From NCBI GenBank assembly GCA_024638655.1, contig JAHEJW010000014.1, positions 6,385 through 70,384 of the forward strand: 64,000 nt of DNA. The letters are read 5' to 3'. The translations under genes were made by a program, and so were the position numbers. Source of the DNA: a bacterium (GTDB lineage Bacteria; Actinomycetota; Acidimicrobiia; Spongiisociales; ZC4RG35). The notes beneath the pieces are model-generated. The model saw only the letters and a program-made list of their open reading frames with translations. It was not told the DNA's origin and did no database searches. Positions 1 to 10,445 of this stretch are shown here, piece by piece. Position 1 is the first letter of the stretch, and the number at the start of each line of letters is the position of its first letter.

Positions 1-297
1 GAGGCCGTCCGGCGCGAAGTCGAACCTCTGCTCACCGCTGGGGCAGACCTCCTGGTCGTCGGTTGCACGCACTTCTCGTTCCTCATCCCGGCGATTCGAG
101 AAGTCGCCGGTGAAGGCGTCCGGATCATCGATCCCGCTCCTGCGGTTGCGGCCCAGACCGTCAGGGTGGCGACGGGAGAGCAGGGCTCGGGGACCCTCGT
201 TTTGGCCGCTTCGGGCGATCTCGCCGAGTTCGCTTCGTTGGCCGATTCGATCGCAGGGATCAAAACCGTCGCGCCCGTCCTACCCTTCCCCGGGTGA
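1..297 (+). CDS. murI: Glutamate racemase, C-terminal part (5' truncated by window edge)
   Basis: Frame 1 reads ...GADLLVVGCTHFSFLIPAIREVAGEGVRIIDPAPAVA...PFPG*; GCTH catalytic motif; TGA at 295-297 overlaps next GTG. Not in ORF track. Confidence 0.85.
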   Translation, partial: EAVRREVEPLLTAGADLLVVGCTHFSFLIPAIREVAGEGVRIIDPAPAVAAQTVRVATGEQGSGTLVLAASGDLAEFASLADSIAGIKTVAPVLPFPG

Positions 298-1328
298 GCA
301 TGCCTCAAGCCCCTCTCATCTGGGCGCACCAAGGCCGCGCCATGGTGGGTGAAGGTCGGATGCGCGAATTCGATCCGGGGACGGGGCCCGACAGATATGA
401 GAAGGCTCTGGTCGCTCTGCGCGAGAGCGGGATGCCGGTGGGGTATGCCTCGTTCACCTTCGACCCTGACCTCGAGGGCTCGGTCTTACTGGTCCCAGAG
501 AGGATCGTCGAGGTCGATACGGACAGCCTCACCTCGCTAGCCGGGCCCATGCCCGATGGGAGGCTCGTGGCGGACGGGTCGGATCGGTGGATGGAAGGGA
601 TGCGAATGGCCCTCGGACACCTCGAGGCCGGCATCCTCGCGAAGGTGGTTCTCTCCCGTCAGGTGAATGCATCCTTCGAGGAAGCCGTCCCCGTCCGCGA
701 CGTCGTCAAACGGCTCCATCTCGACCAGCCAACCTGTTATACGTTCGCAGTCGCCGGGCTCGTCGGTGCGAGCCCCGAGCTCCTGGTTTCACTCCGCCAC
801 GGTTTCGTGCGGTCCCTCGCCCTCGCGGGAACCGCCATCCAAGCCGAAGACCTCACCTCACCGAAGATCGAGCGCGAGCACAGGTATACGGCGTCCTCGG
901 TCGAATCCGCACTCAACGATCACGTGAGCGAGCTCGAGGTGAACCGCCCGGGGGTGGTGAGCTTCGGTGAGATAAAGCATCTGGCCTCGCGTTTCGAGGG
1001 TCGCGCACTGGCAGGTACTTCGGTGCTCTCCGTTCTGGCCTCCTTACATCCCACCGCAGCAGTCGCAGGGACTCCGACCGGGCCCGCGATGGAGCTCATC
1101 AGGCAAGTAGAGCCGTCGGGTCGGGGTCGCTATGCCGGGCCGGTCGGCTGGTTCAACACCGAGGGCGAAGGCGAGTTCGCAATCGCCCTCAGATGCGGTC
1201 TCATCGACGGACCCCTGGTCACCTTGTACGCAGGTGGTGGCATCGTTGTCGGGTCTGACCCAGAATCGGAGTTCGAGGAGACCGAGCTCAAGCTCCGGCC
1301 CATGCGCCGGGCGCTAGGACTGGGCTGA
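294..1328 (+). CDS. menF: Isochorismate synthase (chorismate-binding enzyme)
   Basis: KVVLSR, GASPELL, LAGT, KIEREH, LHPTAAVAGTP, RGRYAGPVGW, FAIALRC, YAGGGIV motifs; adjacent to menD/menC. Confidence 0.85.
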   Translation: MSMPQAPLIWAHQGRAMVGEGRMREFDPGTGPDRYEKALVALRESGMPVGYASFTFDPDLEGSVLLVPERIVEVDTDSLTSLAGPMPDGRLVADGSDRWMEGMRMALGHLEAGILAKVVLSRQVNASFEEAVPVRDVVKRLHLDQPTCYTFAVAGLVGASPELLVSLRHGFVRSLALAGTAIQAEDLTSPKIEREHRYTASSVESALNDHVSELEVNRPGVVSFGEIKHLASRFEGRALAGTSVLSVLASLHPTAAVAGTPTGPAMELIRQVEPSGRGRYAGPVGWFNTEGEGEFAIALRCGLIDGPLVTLYAGGGIVVGSDPESEFEETELKLRPMRRALGLG

Positions 1329-3008
1329 GCGGGCCGTCTCGGCGCCGATCTGATCCAGTGCCCGCCGGCAGGCCACATCGCTCTGCCGATCGACGGGAAC
1401 TCTGAGGAGTGTGGTTCCTCCTCGCTCGAGACCGACCAGGATCAAATCCGATAGACCCGACAGCTCGACCGTCTCGGCGTAGGCCAGCTCGTGGAACTCG
1501 GCCAGCCGATAGAGGGCCCGCTTGGGTGGCGTGATGAATAGGCGTTCGAAAGCAGGTGCGTGACGAGCCTGGGGCAGAGAATCGAACAACCCTCCACCTT
1601 TGTTGTCAGCGACCACGATGACCAGATCCTCCTCATCCGAGGCGAGGAATCCGTTGGAGTCATGGAGGAGGGAGAGATCACCGCTCAGTGCAACAGTTTT
1701 TGATCGGGCTGATGCGACCCCGAGTGCGGTCGACACGAACCCGTCGATGCCGGAGGCTCCGCGGTTTCCGATAACGGTGCCCGTTCGAGTCAGCTGGGCG
1801 TCTACATCTCTGATGGGCAACGAGGAGGCTACGACGAGTGTCTCCCAACTGCTCGCATCGAGAGCGGCCGCGATGCCCGCACCGGTGGGCTCCCTGAGAC
1901 CGGCCAAATAAGTCGATGTCGCTTCCCGCACGGCCTGGTCGGTCTGTATCCACGTTTGGGCCCATTCTCCCTCGGTGACATCGGGGACCAGGCTTGTGAG
2001 TAGGGATACCGGATCGGCATGAATGACGGCCGTGGCGTTGAGAGCGGGATCGATATTGCGCCCCGCTGAGTCAACCCTGAACCGATAGCGAGCCTCGGCG
2101 ATCAAATCCTCGAGGCGGTGGCTCGGGCCTACCCGACCGACCACGAGCACGACCTCGGGGCTCAGAGCCGGTAACACCCCGCCCGCAAGGGCGAAGTGAT
2201 AGGCCGAGAGCGAACCACGCCCTCGCAGACCCGAAAGCGCCGTGCCGAGCACCGGCCAGCCCACCGAGTCTGCTGTGCTCACAAGCGCGTCACGGTCATA
2301 GACGCCATCGCCTGCAATCACGAGCCCTCGTTCGGAGAAAGGAAGCTCCAGACCGGGAGAGGGAGCCTCGGGGACTACGCGGGACAGCCACGGCTGCCCG
2401 TCTGGTCGGCCATCGGTTGGGTGGGTGAAGGGCGGCGACTGCGATCGCCCATCATCTGAGACCGGCACAGTCGGCTCTCGAAAGGCGACGTTCAGGTGCA
2501 CCGCCCCGGCCCTCCCACTCCGCCCAAGTGCCTCAACCACGGCTCGGGACGCCGTCGAACGCCAGCTTTCGTTGTCGTCGTCGTCGACGGTTGGAGCCTC
2601 GATGGTGGCGTTGAAGCGAACGTACGAGCCAAAGAGCCCTTCTTGCTCGATTGTCTGGTTTGCCCCGACACCTCGTAGCTCCCGGGGCCGGTCCGCCGAG
2701 ATGACCACGAGGGGTGTCATCGACATGCCGGCCTCCACGACCGCTGGCCAGAAGTTCGCAGCCGCCGTGCCCGACGTCGAGATGACCGCAGCTGGCGCAC
2801 CGGTGGCCTTGGCCCGGCCGAGTGCCCGAAAGGCCGCAGAACGCTCATCGATGACGATCTGCACCGATACGACCTCGCTGCGATGCGCGGCGAGCGCGAG
2901 GGCTCCGGACCTCGACCCGGGCGAGACGACCACGAAGCCGACTCCATTGCGGGCCAGCTCGTCGATCAGAACAACCGCCAGAGCGGTACTGGGGTTCGGC
3001 TGGATCAC
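1314..3008 (-). CDS. menD: SEPHCHC synthase MenD
   Basis: SPGSRS, DERSAAF, TSGTAAAN, SADRP, GANQTI, HLNVAFREP, NRGASGIDG, GDLSLLHD; GTG start at 3008 overlaps menC stop (GTGA). Confidence 0.93.
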   Translation of the reverse strand: MIQPNPSTALAVVLIDELARNGVGFVVVSPGSRSGALALAAHRSEVVSVQIVIDERSAAFRALGRAKATGAPAAVISTSGTAAANFWPAVVEAGMSMTPLVVISADRPRELRGVGANQTIEQEGLFGSYVRFNATIEAPTVDDDDNESWRSTASRAVVEALGRSGRAGAVHLNVAFREPTVPVSDDGRSQSPPFTHPTDGRPDGQPWLSRVVPEAPSPGLELPFSERGLVIAGDGVYDRDALVSTADSVGWPVLGTALSGLRGRGSLSAYHFALAGGVLPALSPEVVLVVGRVGPSHRLEDLIAEARYRFRVDSAGRNIDPALNATAVIHADPVSLLTSLVPDVTEGEWAQTWIQTDQAVREATSTYLAGLREPTGAGIAAALDASSWETLVVASSLPIRDVDAQLTRTGTVIGNRGASGIDGFVSTALGVASARSKTVALSGDLSLLHDSNGFLASDEEDLVIVVADNKGGGLFDSLPQARHAPAFERLFITPPKRALYRLAEFHELAYAETVELSGLSDLILVGLERGGTTLLRVPVDRQSDVACRRALDQIGAETARSAQS

Positions 3009-3961
3009 GTCAACACCTCTGCCGCGGCTCTCAGCCTGCGCAACATCTCTGCAGCCACGTCTCTCTCCGGCCGCCACCTCTCCAAAAGGAGCGGGTCGGG
3101 CTCAGGTCGTCTGACCTCCAGAGTCCCGTCGTACGGGATGAGTGGGTCGAGGGTCGGGTCACCTTCGATCAGCGCGACCGTTCCGAGCCCACACGCATAC
3201 GGCAATTCATCGAGCAGAGACGCAGCCAGCAACCCGGCATACATACCTACGGACGTCTCGAGAGCGGAGGAGATGACCACCGGGACCGATGATCGCGATG
3301 CCAGCTCGAGGACCCTGGAAATGCCGCCCATTGGCTGAACCTTCAGTATCAGCACGTCGGCAGCGCCCTCTTCCAGAACCCTCAGCGGCTCCGGGCTCTG
3401 CCGCACAACCTCGTCGGCTGCGATGGGAACGCTTGTGCGTCTGCGCAGCTCCGCCATCTCGGCAACTGTCGCAACCGGCTGTTCGACATACTCCAGATCG
3501 AACCTGTCGAGGGACTCGAGTCTCGACACCGCGGTGTCGACGTCCCAGGAGGCATTGACATCCACCCTTATCCGACCCTCGGGACCAAGGACCTCCCGAA
3601 CAGCGGCGATGCGGGCTTCGTCGGTCTCAGAATCGTCTCCCGGATCTCCGATCTTCACCTTCGCGGTAACGGAACCCGATTCGGCAGCCAACGCCCTGGC
3701 AGTGACAGGATCGACAGCCGGGATGGTGACATTCACCGGGATTCGCGTTCGAGTCGGCTCAGGTAGATCACCACAAGCGAGCTCGAGCGCGGCCGCCAGC
3801 CACCGCGTCGTGACCTTTGGTGGGTAGTCGGGAAAAGGCGAGAACTCCCCCCAACCAGTCGGCCCGTGTATGAGGACCGCCTCTCTGTGATCCACGCGTC
3901 GGAACCGATGTCTCATCGGGATCCTCACGGGAAAGAGATCCAACGACTCCAATCGGGTCAT
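3005..3961 (-). CDS. menC: o-succinylbenzoate synthase (enolase superfamily)
   Basis: GWGEFSPF, KVKIG, RVDVNASW, EQP, IAADE, ILKVQP, SSALET, ACGLGT motifs typical of actinobacterial MenC; upstream of menD. Confidence 0.9.
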   Translation of the reverse strand: MTRLESLDLFPVRIPMRHRFRRVDHREAVLIHGPTGWGEFSPFPDYPPKVTTRWLAAALELACGDLPEPTRTRIPVNVTIPAVDPVTARALAAESGSVTAKVKIGDPGDDSETDEARIAAVREVLGPEGRIRVDVNASWDVDTAVSRLESLDRFDLEYVEQPVATVAEMAELRRRTSVPIAADEVVRQSPEPLRVLEEGAADVLILKVQPMGGISRVLELASRSSVPVVISSALETSVGMYAGLLAASLLDELPYACGLGTVALIEGDPTLDPLIPYDGTLEVRRPEPDPLLLERWRPERDVAAEMLRRLRAAAEVLT

Positions 3962-4314
3962 CTCTGTTGCTCCTCACGCAGATAGCCCACCAAGCGATCC
4001 ACCTGCTCGGAGTCCAATGAGCTCGAGAAGGACGGCATACTGCCCCTCCCCCGGAGAATGGCCAGCTCGATGAACTCATCTGGCTGTCTGGCCGAGCTGG
4101 ATCCGGGCCCGAGGTCGGGGCCCAGACCACCGGTCAGATCTTCGGCGTGGCAGTTGGCGCAGAGCAGCTGATAGATCTCTTGGCCGGTCTCATCGTCACC
4201 AGGCCGGCCGACCGAACAGGCTGCCAGGACGACCACGAGGCATAGGACGACAACCGCTTTCAGCAGGTTGCCGCCGCCTTCGATGGCCCCCGGCTCAGCG
4301 GGTGCCCTCATCAT
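3958..4314 (-). CDS. Mono-heme cytochrome c, probable lipoprotein
   Basis: CANCH heme motif, GxGPDL, distal Met in GRGSMPSF; hydrophobic stretch ending LAAC lipobox; start uncertain. Confidence 0.8.
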   Translation of the reverse strand: MMRAPAEPGAIEGGGNLLKAVVVLCLVVVLAACSVGRPGDDETGQEIYQLLCANCHAEDLTGGLGPDLGPGSSSARQPDEFIELAILRGRGSMPSFSSSLDSEQVDRLVGYLREEQQR

Positions 4315-5329
4315 CGATCAGCCCCTTCACGTCCTGGGAGCGGCTACGGGGCAAGACCAGCACTGCCTCCGGCGTCTCCACGACAACAACATCTTCCAGA
4401 CCCACCACGGCCACACGACGGGATCCCGCCAGGATCAGAGAGCCAGAGACATCACTCGCCAAAACATCCCCCGAGATGGCGTTGTCGTGTTCGTCCTTGT
4501 CGGATACTGCCCAAAGCGCCTGGAAAGAGCCGACGTCGTCCCAGCCGACATCGATGGGGATCACAAGTGCGGCCCGTGTCTTCTCCATGACGGCGTGGTC
4601 GAGGGAGATCTTCTCAACACCGGCGAAGTCCTCGCCGAGTCGGAGTAGATCGCCATCGGGCTCAGTGAGCGACGATCTGACCCCGGTCAGGATCTCGGGG
4701 GCCAGCCGGGCCGCCTCCTCGATGAGCAGACCCGCGGGAACCACGAAGATCCCGGAGTTCCAGAGGTGCCTGCCGTCGTTGGCGAGAATCACCGCTTCGT
4801 CGGGTGATGGCTTCTCCTTGAAACGGCTGACCCGGTATGCGCTGTCGACGGGTTCGCCCCGTTCGATGTAGCCATAGCCCGTCTCGGCTCTGCTCGGCAA
4901 TACGCCAAAAGTGAGGATGTTTCCCCGCGCAGCTATCTCCGCGGCTTGACGAACCCGAGTGCGAAACGCCTCTTCGTCAGCTATCAGATGGTCCGAAGGC
5001 AAGATGACCAACACGTCGTCGGGCGAGGACGCCAACGCCGCCGCCATCGCAGCCGGAGCTGTGTTGCGCCCGTCGGGCTCGACGATGATCAACTCAGGCT
5101 GCACCCCGACTCGGACAGCAGCATTTCTGATCAGATTCAGATGGCTCGCACCGGCGATTACGAGAGGCGGGGACGCCTCCGTCATCGATGCAAGCCGGTT
5201 CAGCGTCTGCTCGAAGAGGGTCAGTCCCGAAACGAGAGGGGCGAACTGCTTGGGGAGGTCTGGCGTGGAGACGGGCCAGAGTCTCGTGCCCGAGCCACCG
5301 GATAGGATCACAGGTCGGATGCTCAGCAC
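4295..5329 (-). CDS. manC: Mannose-1-phosphate guanylyltransferase
   Basis: ILSGGSGTRLWPVS..PKQF, EPDGRNTAPA, PSDH, ETGYGYI, FKEKP, WNSGIF, GWDDVGS. Confidence 0.92.
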   Translation of the reverse strand: MLSIRPVILSGGSGTRLWPVSTPDLPKQFAPLVSGLTLFEQTLNRLASMTEASPPLVIAGASHLNLIRNAAVRVGVQPELIIVEPDGRNTAPAAMAAALASSPDDVLVILPSDHLIADEEAFRTRVRQAAEIAARGNILTFGVLPSRAETGYGYIERGEPVDSAYRVSRFKEKPSPDEAVILANDGRHLWNSGIFVVPAGLLIEEAARLAPEILTGVRSSLTEPDGDLLRLGEDFAGVEKISLDHAVMEKTRAALVIPIDVGWDDVGSFQALWAVSDKDEHDNAISGDVLASDVSGSLILAGSRRVAVVGLEDVVVVETPEAVLVLPRSRSQDVKGLIDDEGTR

Positions 5330-5360
5330 CCTGTGAGGGTACCGCCCCAGGGTAGAAGCC

Positions 5361-7322
5361 TCAGTCTTCGGTCGAGATGGACACGTACCCGCACTCGCGA
5401 CAGATCGATCGAGCTATTCCGAGGCCACCCGGGGCCTCGACGAAGTCATGCACGTGCTCGCGCCCACCCCGCCCGAACGCGGCGCGCACCGCTCCCATGA
5501 TGCCGCTTTGCCTGCCTGCTCCAGCCAGTGCCGGCTCCGCCTCCGGTGCCGGGGCGAATGCCGTCTCGGGCTCGATATCCGGCTCCGGCTCTGCGGCCCG
5601 GGCGAGCGCCGGATCCGGTTCGATATCCCGCTTCGGCTCGGGTTCGATGTCCCGCTCCTGCTCGATATCCGGCTCGATATCCGGCTCAGTCCCCCGCTTT
5701 GCCCCCGGCCGTCGCCTGCGCTCCGGAGACCGGAGGTGCTTGGGACCGCTCTTTCCGTCTTCCTCGTCATCTCCTTCGTCGGAGAGTGACTCCTCCAACT
5801 CGGCGAGATCGACGAACTTCGAGTCGGCCGGAGCAGACGCCGACACTTCCTCCCTCGGCACCTCGGGCTCGGACGCTTCCTCCACAGGCTCGGGCTCATC
5901 AGACGTCGATGGCTCCTCCTCGCCGGTGGGCTCTTCCCGCAATTCCTCGAGGCTCTCGATCCTCCTCTGCTGCTCTTCGAGCGCCTCCATCTCACGTTGC
6001 GCCGCCTCGACGCGTTCGGACTCTTCTCGCTCTCGGCGGACCCTTTCCTGTTCGAGCTCGGCGAGCTTTGCCCGCAGCTCGACTGCTTGTTCGGCGTCCT
6101 CCTTCTCGCGCTGGCTCATCTCCGCCAGCCTTGCCTGCAGCTCGGATGCCTTCTCGGCGTCCTCTTGCTCGCGCTGGCTCATCTCCGCCAGCCTTGTCTG
6201 CAGCTCGGATGCTCTCTCGGCGTCCTCTCTCTCCCGCTCAGTCATCTCCGCGGTCTTCTTCTCGATATCTACTCGCTCGGCCTCCATCTTCTCCATCGCC
6301 TCGCGATGGGCTTGCCGTCTCTCCTCCTCGAGGCGCTCGAACTCTTTGCGCTCTCGGTCGAGACGCTGCATCTCCAGACGGAATGCTTCTACGCGGTCCT
6401 GCTCGCGCTTCTCGGCCTCACGATGCAAGTCCTCGAGACGGCTTCTCTCCTCAGCCAGCCGGGCCCGCTCCTCCTCGATCGCCTTACGCTCCGAAGCCAG
6501 ACTCGCCGCCTCATCTCTCTCGTCCTCAGTGGCGCGAAGCTGCTCGTCGAGTCGAGCCCGCTCCTCCTCGATCGCCTTACGCTCCGAAGCCAGAGTCGCC
6601 GCCTCATCGTCGATCTCGTCTCCCGTAGCGCGAAGCTGCTCGTCGAGTCGAGCCTTCTCCGCTCCAATGGCCTCCAACTCAGCAGCAAGGCTGTCTGCCT
6701 CATCACTGTCCCGGTCAGTCGGTGCGCCAGATTCGGTCTGATCTTCTCTCGGTGGGACCGAGATCAGAGGGATCGACGGCTCGTCTTCGATCGGGTCAAG
6801 GGGCGTCTGACCATCGGCCGGCGGCTCGGGGTCTACCGGCGTCTGCTTGCGCGTTGGGGAGTCCCACACATGGCCCTCGTGTAGATCCTGGCCGGCGCTT
6901 CCGATGCGCGAAGTGCCCGGCAGGGACACACTCTTGGCCTGTATGCCCAGGTTCTCCTCCATCGCCCCTCGGAGCTCGTGAATTCGGGACGTACGAACCC
7001 CGTTTCGGGATCGGGAAACTGCAACCTTCCGCCGTACGATGTTCATGGACTTGAACCTCGCCCAAACCGACGCCATCTCCTCCAGCCCCCGGTAGGCAAA
7101 ATCGATCGGCTCGTCGGCGATGAAGGTGACCTCTTCTCCGTCGAGCTCGACCTCGAACGCTGCAGAGATCAGACGGCGTGCCTGCACGTCGAAAAGAGAC
7201 CACCTACCGAGGGACTCTTCTCCCTCCAGGATCACCTCTGCCTGAGTCCCCTCGATCAGGAAGGTGGCAGGAACCCCCGGGTGGTCTAGATCCGGTATAC
7301 GTATCTGTCCGGTGAACTTCAC
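5361..7322 (-). CDS. Hypothetical protein: small N-terminal globular domain, long E/R/A-rich coiled coil with internal repeats, acidic/Pro-rich tail, C-terminal HxH..CxxC putative zinc ribbon
   Basis: 653-aa ORF with heptad-like repeats; ends HVHDF...ICRECGYVS; TTGACA on minus strand at 7390-7395. Confidence 0.7.
   Translation of the reverse strand: MKFTGQIRIPDLDHPGVPATFLIEGTQAEVILEGEESLGRWSLFDVQARRLISAAFEVELDGEEVTFIADEPIDFAYRGLEEMASVWARFKSMNIVRRKVAVSRSRNGVRTSRIHELRGAMEENLGIQAKSVSLPGTSRIGSAGQDLHEGHVWDSPTRKQTPVDPEPPADGQTPLDPIEDEPSIPLISVPPREDQTESGAPTDRDSDEADSLAAELEAIGAEKARLDEQLRATGDEIDDEAATLASERKAIEEERARLDEQLRATEDERDEAASLASERKAIEEERARLAEERSRLEDLHREAEKREQDRVEAFRLEMQRLDRERKEFERLEEERRQAHREAMEKMEAERVDIEKKTAEMTEREREDAERASELQTRLAEMSQREQEDAEKASELQARLAEMSQREKEDAEQAVELRAKLAELEQERVRREREESERVEAAQREMEALEEQQRRIESLEELREEPTGEEEPSTSDEPEPVEEASEPEVPREEVSASAPADSKFVDLAELEESLSDEGDDEEDGKSGPKHLRSPERRRRPGAKRGTEPDIEPDIEQERDIEPEPKRDIEPDPALARAAEPEPDIEPETAFAPAPEAEPALAGAGRQSGIMGAVRAAFGRGGREHVHDFVEAPGGLGIARSICRECGYVSISTED
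6074..6250 (-). repeat. 63-bp in-frame tandem repeat (about 3 copies, 21 aa) in coiled-coil gene
   Basis: tcggcgtcct recurs at 6091, 6154, 6217; encodes RLAEMSQRE.EDAE.ASELQ units. Confidence 0.85.
6463..6654 (-). repeat. 93-96-bp in-frame duplication (2 copies) in coiled-coil gene
   Basis: gcccgctcctcctcgatcgccttacgctccgaagccaga at 6463 and 6556; encodes LASERKAIEEERARL / RLDEQLRAT twice. Confidence 0.85.
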
Positions 7323-7425
7323 CGATCGACCTTCATGTCAGCCACAGACTGCTGCTCTCGTCGGGTCACAATCCCATCGGCAGCCCGATTGTCAAGATGT
7401 TTGTGCACGTCGGGATGTGAGCGCA

Positions 7426-10263
7426 TCAGGAGTCGTAGGCATCGAGAGGTGGGCAGGCACATATGAGATTGCGGTCTCCACCGGGTCCGTCGATCCTTCC
7501 CACCGGTGGCCAGTACTTGTCGGCACCGAGCCATCCGACGGGGAAGGCCGCCTCCAAGCGACTGTAGGGGTGGGTCCACTCATCGGACGCGATATCCATC
7601 GAGGTGTGGGGCGCATTGCTCAGCGGGTTGTCGTCGCCCGGCCAGTCCCCCGACCCGACACGGTCGGCCTCGCCCTTGATGGAGATCATCGCCTCACAGA
7701 ACCTGTCCATCTCCTCGAGACTCTCAGACTCGGTGGGCTCGACCATGAGCGTGCCGGCTACGGGGAACGACAGGGTCGGGGCATGGAAGCCATAGTCGGC
7801 GAGCCGTTTTGCCACGTCTTCCGCGGTGATCCCGGTGTCATGGGTCATCGGGCGCAAGTCCAGTATGCACTCGTGTGCCACCCGCCCTCCTTTGCCAGAG
7901 TAGAGCACGGGGAAATAGGGGTCGAGTCGTCGTGCGATGTAGTTGGCAGCGAGGATCGCCACGCTCGTGGCCCGTCTGAGCCCGCTCGCACCCATCAGTC
8001 GGAGGTATGCGTAAGGGATCGGAAGAATCCCTGCTGACCCGAAGGGGGCCCCAGAGATCGGCCCGATTCCGGTTTCCGGGCCTGCTGCCGCGATGTAAGG
8101 GTGGTTGGGGAGGAAGGGGGCGAGGTGCGCTCGGGCTCCCACCGGCCCGACACCCGGCCCGCCCCCACCGTGAGGGATCGTGAAGGTCTTGTGCAGATTG
8201 AGGTGCCCCACGTCGGCCCCGAAGTCGGCAGGCTTGGCCAGGCCTACCAGGGCATTCAGGTTGGCACCGTCGACGTAGACCTGTCCCCCGTTCTGATGGA
8301 TGATGTCGGTCAGCTTCTTGATCCCCCGCTCGAAGACACCATGAGTCGAGGGATAGGTGATCATGGCTGCGGCGAGGTGGTCCCGGTGGTCCGTCGCCTT
8401 GGCCTCCAGGTCCTCCAGGTCGACGTTGCCATGATCATCGGTCGCGACGACAACCACCCTCATCCCGGCCATCACCGCAGAGGCCGCGTTGGTGCCATGA
8501 GCCGATGACGGGATGAGACAAACATCGCGCTGCTCGTCGCCCCGAGATCGGTGATACGCCGCGATGGCGAGAAGACCGGCCAGCTCACCTTGTGATCCGG
8601 CGTTCGGCTGTAGCGAGACGGCGTCATAGCCGGTGATGGAGGCCAGGTAGGACTCCAGCTCACCGATGAGCTCCAGATACCCTCGCGCCTGGTCCTCGGG
8701 TGCGTAAGGGTGGATGCCTGCGAATTCGGGCCACGTTATCGGCACCATCTCGGTCGTGGCGTTGAGCTTCATCGTGCAGGAGCCGAGAGGAATCATCGTG
8801 CGGTCGAGGGCCAAGTCGCGATCCGCCAGACGCCGCAGATAGCGAAGCATCTCGTGTTCGGAGCGATAAGAGGAGAACACCGGGTGGGTCATGTATGCCG
8901 AAGTCCTCATGGCGTGTTCCGGTATCCCTCCTGGGGCGTCGTCAACCGGTTCGGCGCCGAATACCGCGAGCACTGACTCGATGAGCTCGTCATCGGTCTT
9001 CTCGTCGAGGGCGATTCGGACCCGGTCGTCTCCATCGGCACCGAGGTTGATCTCCGACTGCAGAGCGCGTGCAAGGATGTCGGATGTCATTCCGGGCGTA
9101 TCCACGACGATGGTGTCGAACCAGGTGTCGTTGCCCAGGGTGAGTCCCGCTGCTCGGAGTGAGCCGGCCAGACGAGAGGCGAGCCGATGGGTCTCGTCGG
9201 CTATTCCGCGGAGCCCTTCGGGCCCATGCCAACAGCCGTAGAGACCCGAGATGACCGCCAAGAGAACCTGGGCGGTACAGACATTGGAGGTGGCTTTCTC
9301 CCTCCTGATGTGCTGTTCACGTGTCTGGAGAGCGAGCCGGTGGGCCATCCGCCCCGCCCGATCGGTAGAGACGCCGACCAGCCGCCCGGGGAGGGCACGT
9401 ACGAACTCCTCCCGGGTGGCGATGAACCCGGCGTGAGGGCCTCCATACCCGAGTGGTATCCCAAAGCGCTGCGCCGAGCCAACGGCGATGTCCGCACCCC
9501 ACTCCCCCGGCGGCACCAGCAAGGTCAGAGCGAGCAGGTCGGTGGCCACCACCACCAGCGCACCTGCGTCCGAGAACATCGATGCGACCGAGGAGAACTC
9601 CCGGATGGCGCCGGACGAGCCCGGATACTGCAGCAGGACACCGAAGGCCTCGCCGAGGTCAGGGGCCTCGTCGACGAGCTCGCGGATCTGGATTCCAGCC
9701 GCTTTGGCTCGGGTTCGAATGACCGCTTTCGTTGGCTCGTGACAGTCCGGGTCGACATAGAAGACATTGCGGTCTCCCTTGACCAACCTGCGCGCCATCG
9801 CCATTCCCTCGGCGGCCGCCGTGGGCTCGTCCAGAAGTGACGAATTGGCGATGTCGAGGCCCGTCAGGTCGGAGACCATCGTCTGGAAGTTGAGCAGAGC
9901 CTCCAGTCTTCCCTGTGAAATCTCGGGCTGATAGGGGGTGTAGGCCGTGTACCAGGCCGGGTTCTCGAGGACATTCCGCTGGATCACCGCTGGGGTGATG
10001 GTGTCGTGGTATCCGAGCCCGATGAGAGAAGTCACCATTTCGTTCATCTCGGCGAGGTCGCGCAGCCGAGCGACCACCTCCCTCTCCGTCATCGGAACCG
10101 GCAGTTCGAGCGTCATGTCGAGGATGGCCTCGGGAACCGTGTCCTGGATCAAATCCTCGATGCTCGATGCGCCCACTGTGGCCAGCATCTTGTCGATGTC
10201 ATGGGCTCGTGGGCCGATATGGCGGTCTGCGAACTTCTCGTCTGGGTTGGGCAAGTGACTCAC
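7426..10263 (-). CDS. gcvP: Glycine dehydrogenase (decarboxylating), glycine cleavage P protein
   Basis: [58 protein letters not shown] (PLP Lys), GDRNLICAC; real start GTG 10263 (or TTG 10254) because upstream sequence is a riboswitch. Confidence 0.96.
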   Translation of the reverse strand: MSHLPNPDEKFADRHIGPRAHDIDKMLATVGASSIEDLIQDTVPEAILDMTLELPVPMTEREVVARLRDLAEMNEMVTSLIGLGYHDTITPAVIQRNVLENPAWYTAYTPYQPEISQGRLEALLNFQTMVSDLTGLDIANSSLLDEPTAAAEGMAMARRLVKGDRNVFYVDPDCHEPTKAVIRTRAKAAGIQIRELVDEAPDLGEAFGVLLQYPGSSGAIREFSSVASMFSDAGALVVVATDLLALTLLVPPGEWGADIAVGSAQRFGIPLGYGGPHAGFIATREEFVRALPGRLVGVSTDRAGRMAHRLALQTREQHIRREKATSNVCTAQVLLAVISGLYGCWHGPEGLRGIADETHRLASRLAGSLRAAGLTLGNDTWFDTIVVDTPGMTSDILARALQSEINLGADGDDRVRIALDEKTDDELIESVLAVFGAEPVDDAPGGIPEHAMRTSAYMTHPVFSSYRSEHEMLRYLRRLADRDLALDRTMIPLGSCTMKLNATTEMVPITWPEFAGIHPYAPEDQARGYLELIGELESYLASITGYDAVSLQPNAGSQGELAGLLAIAAYHRSRGDEQRDVCLIPSSAHGTNAASAVMAGMRVVVVATDDHGNVDLEDLEAKATDHRDHLAAAMITYPSTHGVFERGIKKLTDIIHQNGGQVYVDGANLNALVGLAKPADFGADVGHLNLHKTFTIPHGGGGPGVGPVGARAHLAPFLPNHPYIAAAGPETGIGPISGAPFGSAGILPIPYAYLRLMGASGLRRATSVAILAANYIARRLDPYFPVLYSGKGGRVAHECILDLRPMTHDTGITAEDVAKRLADYGFHAPTLSFPVAGTLMVEPTESESLEEMDRFCEAMISIKGEADRVGSGDWPGDDNPLSNAPHTSMDIASDEWTHPYSRLEAAFPVGWLGADKYWPPVGRIDGPGGDRNLICACPPLDAYDS

Positions 10264-10280
10264 CTCTTCGGAATGCCCTT

Positions 10281-10392
10281 CCCCGCTGTCGTTCATCTCC
10301 AGCGACGCCTCCGTCCAACGGTCCCTATGGCCTGAGAGATTCCGGGAAGGTCGTTGCCCCTTCGGCGCCCTTGAGGGCTCTCCCGTCGGCTT
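10281..10392 (-). ncRNA. Glycine riboswitch, singlet aptamer followed by a ghost-aptamer hairpin
   Basis: Minus strand reads CCGACGGGAGAG..GCCGAAGGGGCAA..AATCTCTCAGGC..GGGACCGTTGG (P1 10389-10383 / 10321-10315), then CGCTG-GAGATGAACGA-CAGCG; directly 5' of gcvP; -10-like TAACAT at 10411-10406. Confidence 0.9.
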
Positions 10393-10445
10393 CTTCGGCA
10401 CGATCATGTTACATGCGCGGGTCGAGACCTCGAGACCCCGGGCGG

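Noticed and set aside
5377-6884. Long plus-strand ORFs (454, 366, 295 aa)
   Set aside because: Antisense shadows of the repetitive coiled-coil gene; Ser/Arg/Leu-rich with no motifs. The same applies to other long antisense ORFs such as 21306-22880 and 43632-45158.
10264-10407. N-terminal extension of GcvP in the ORF track
   Set aside because: Sequence is the glycine riboswitch leader.
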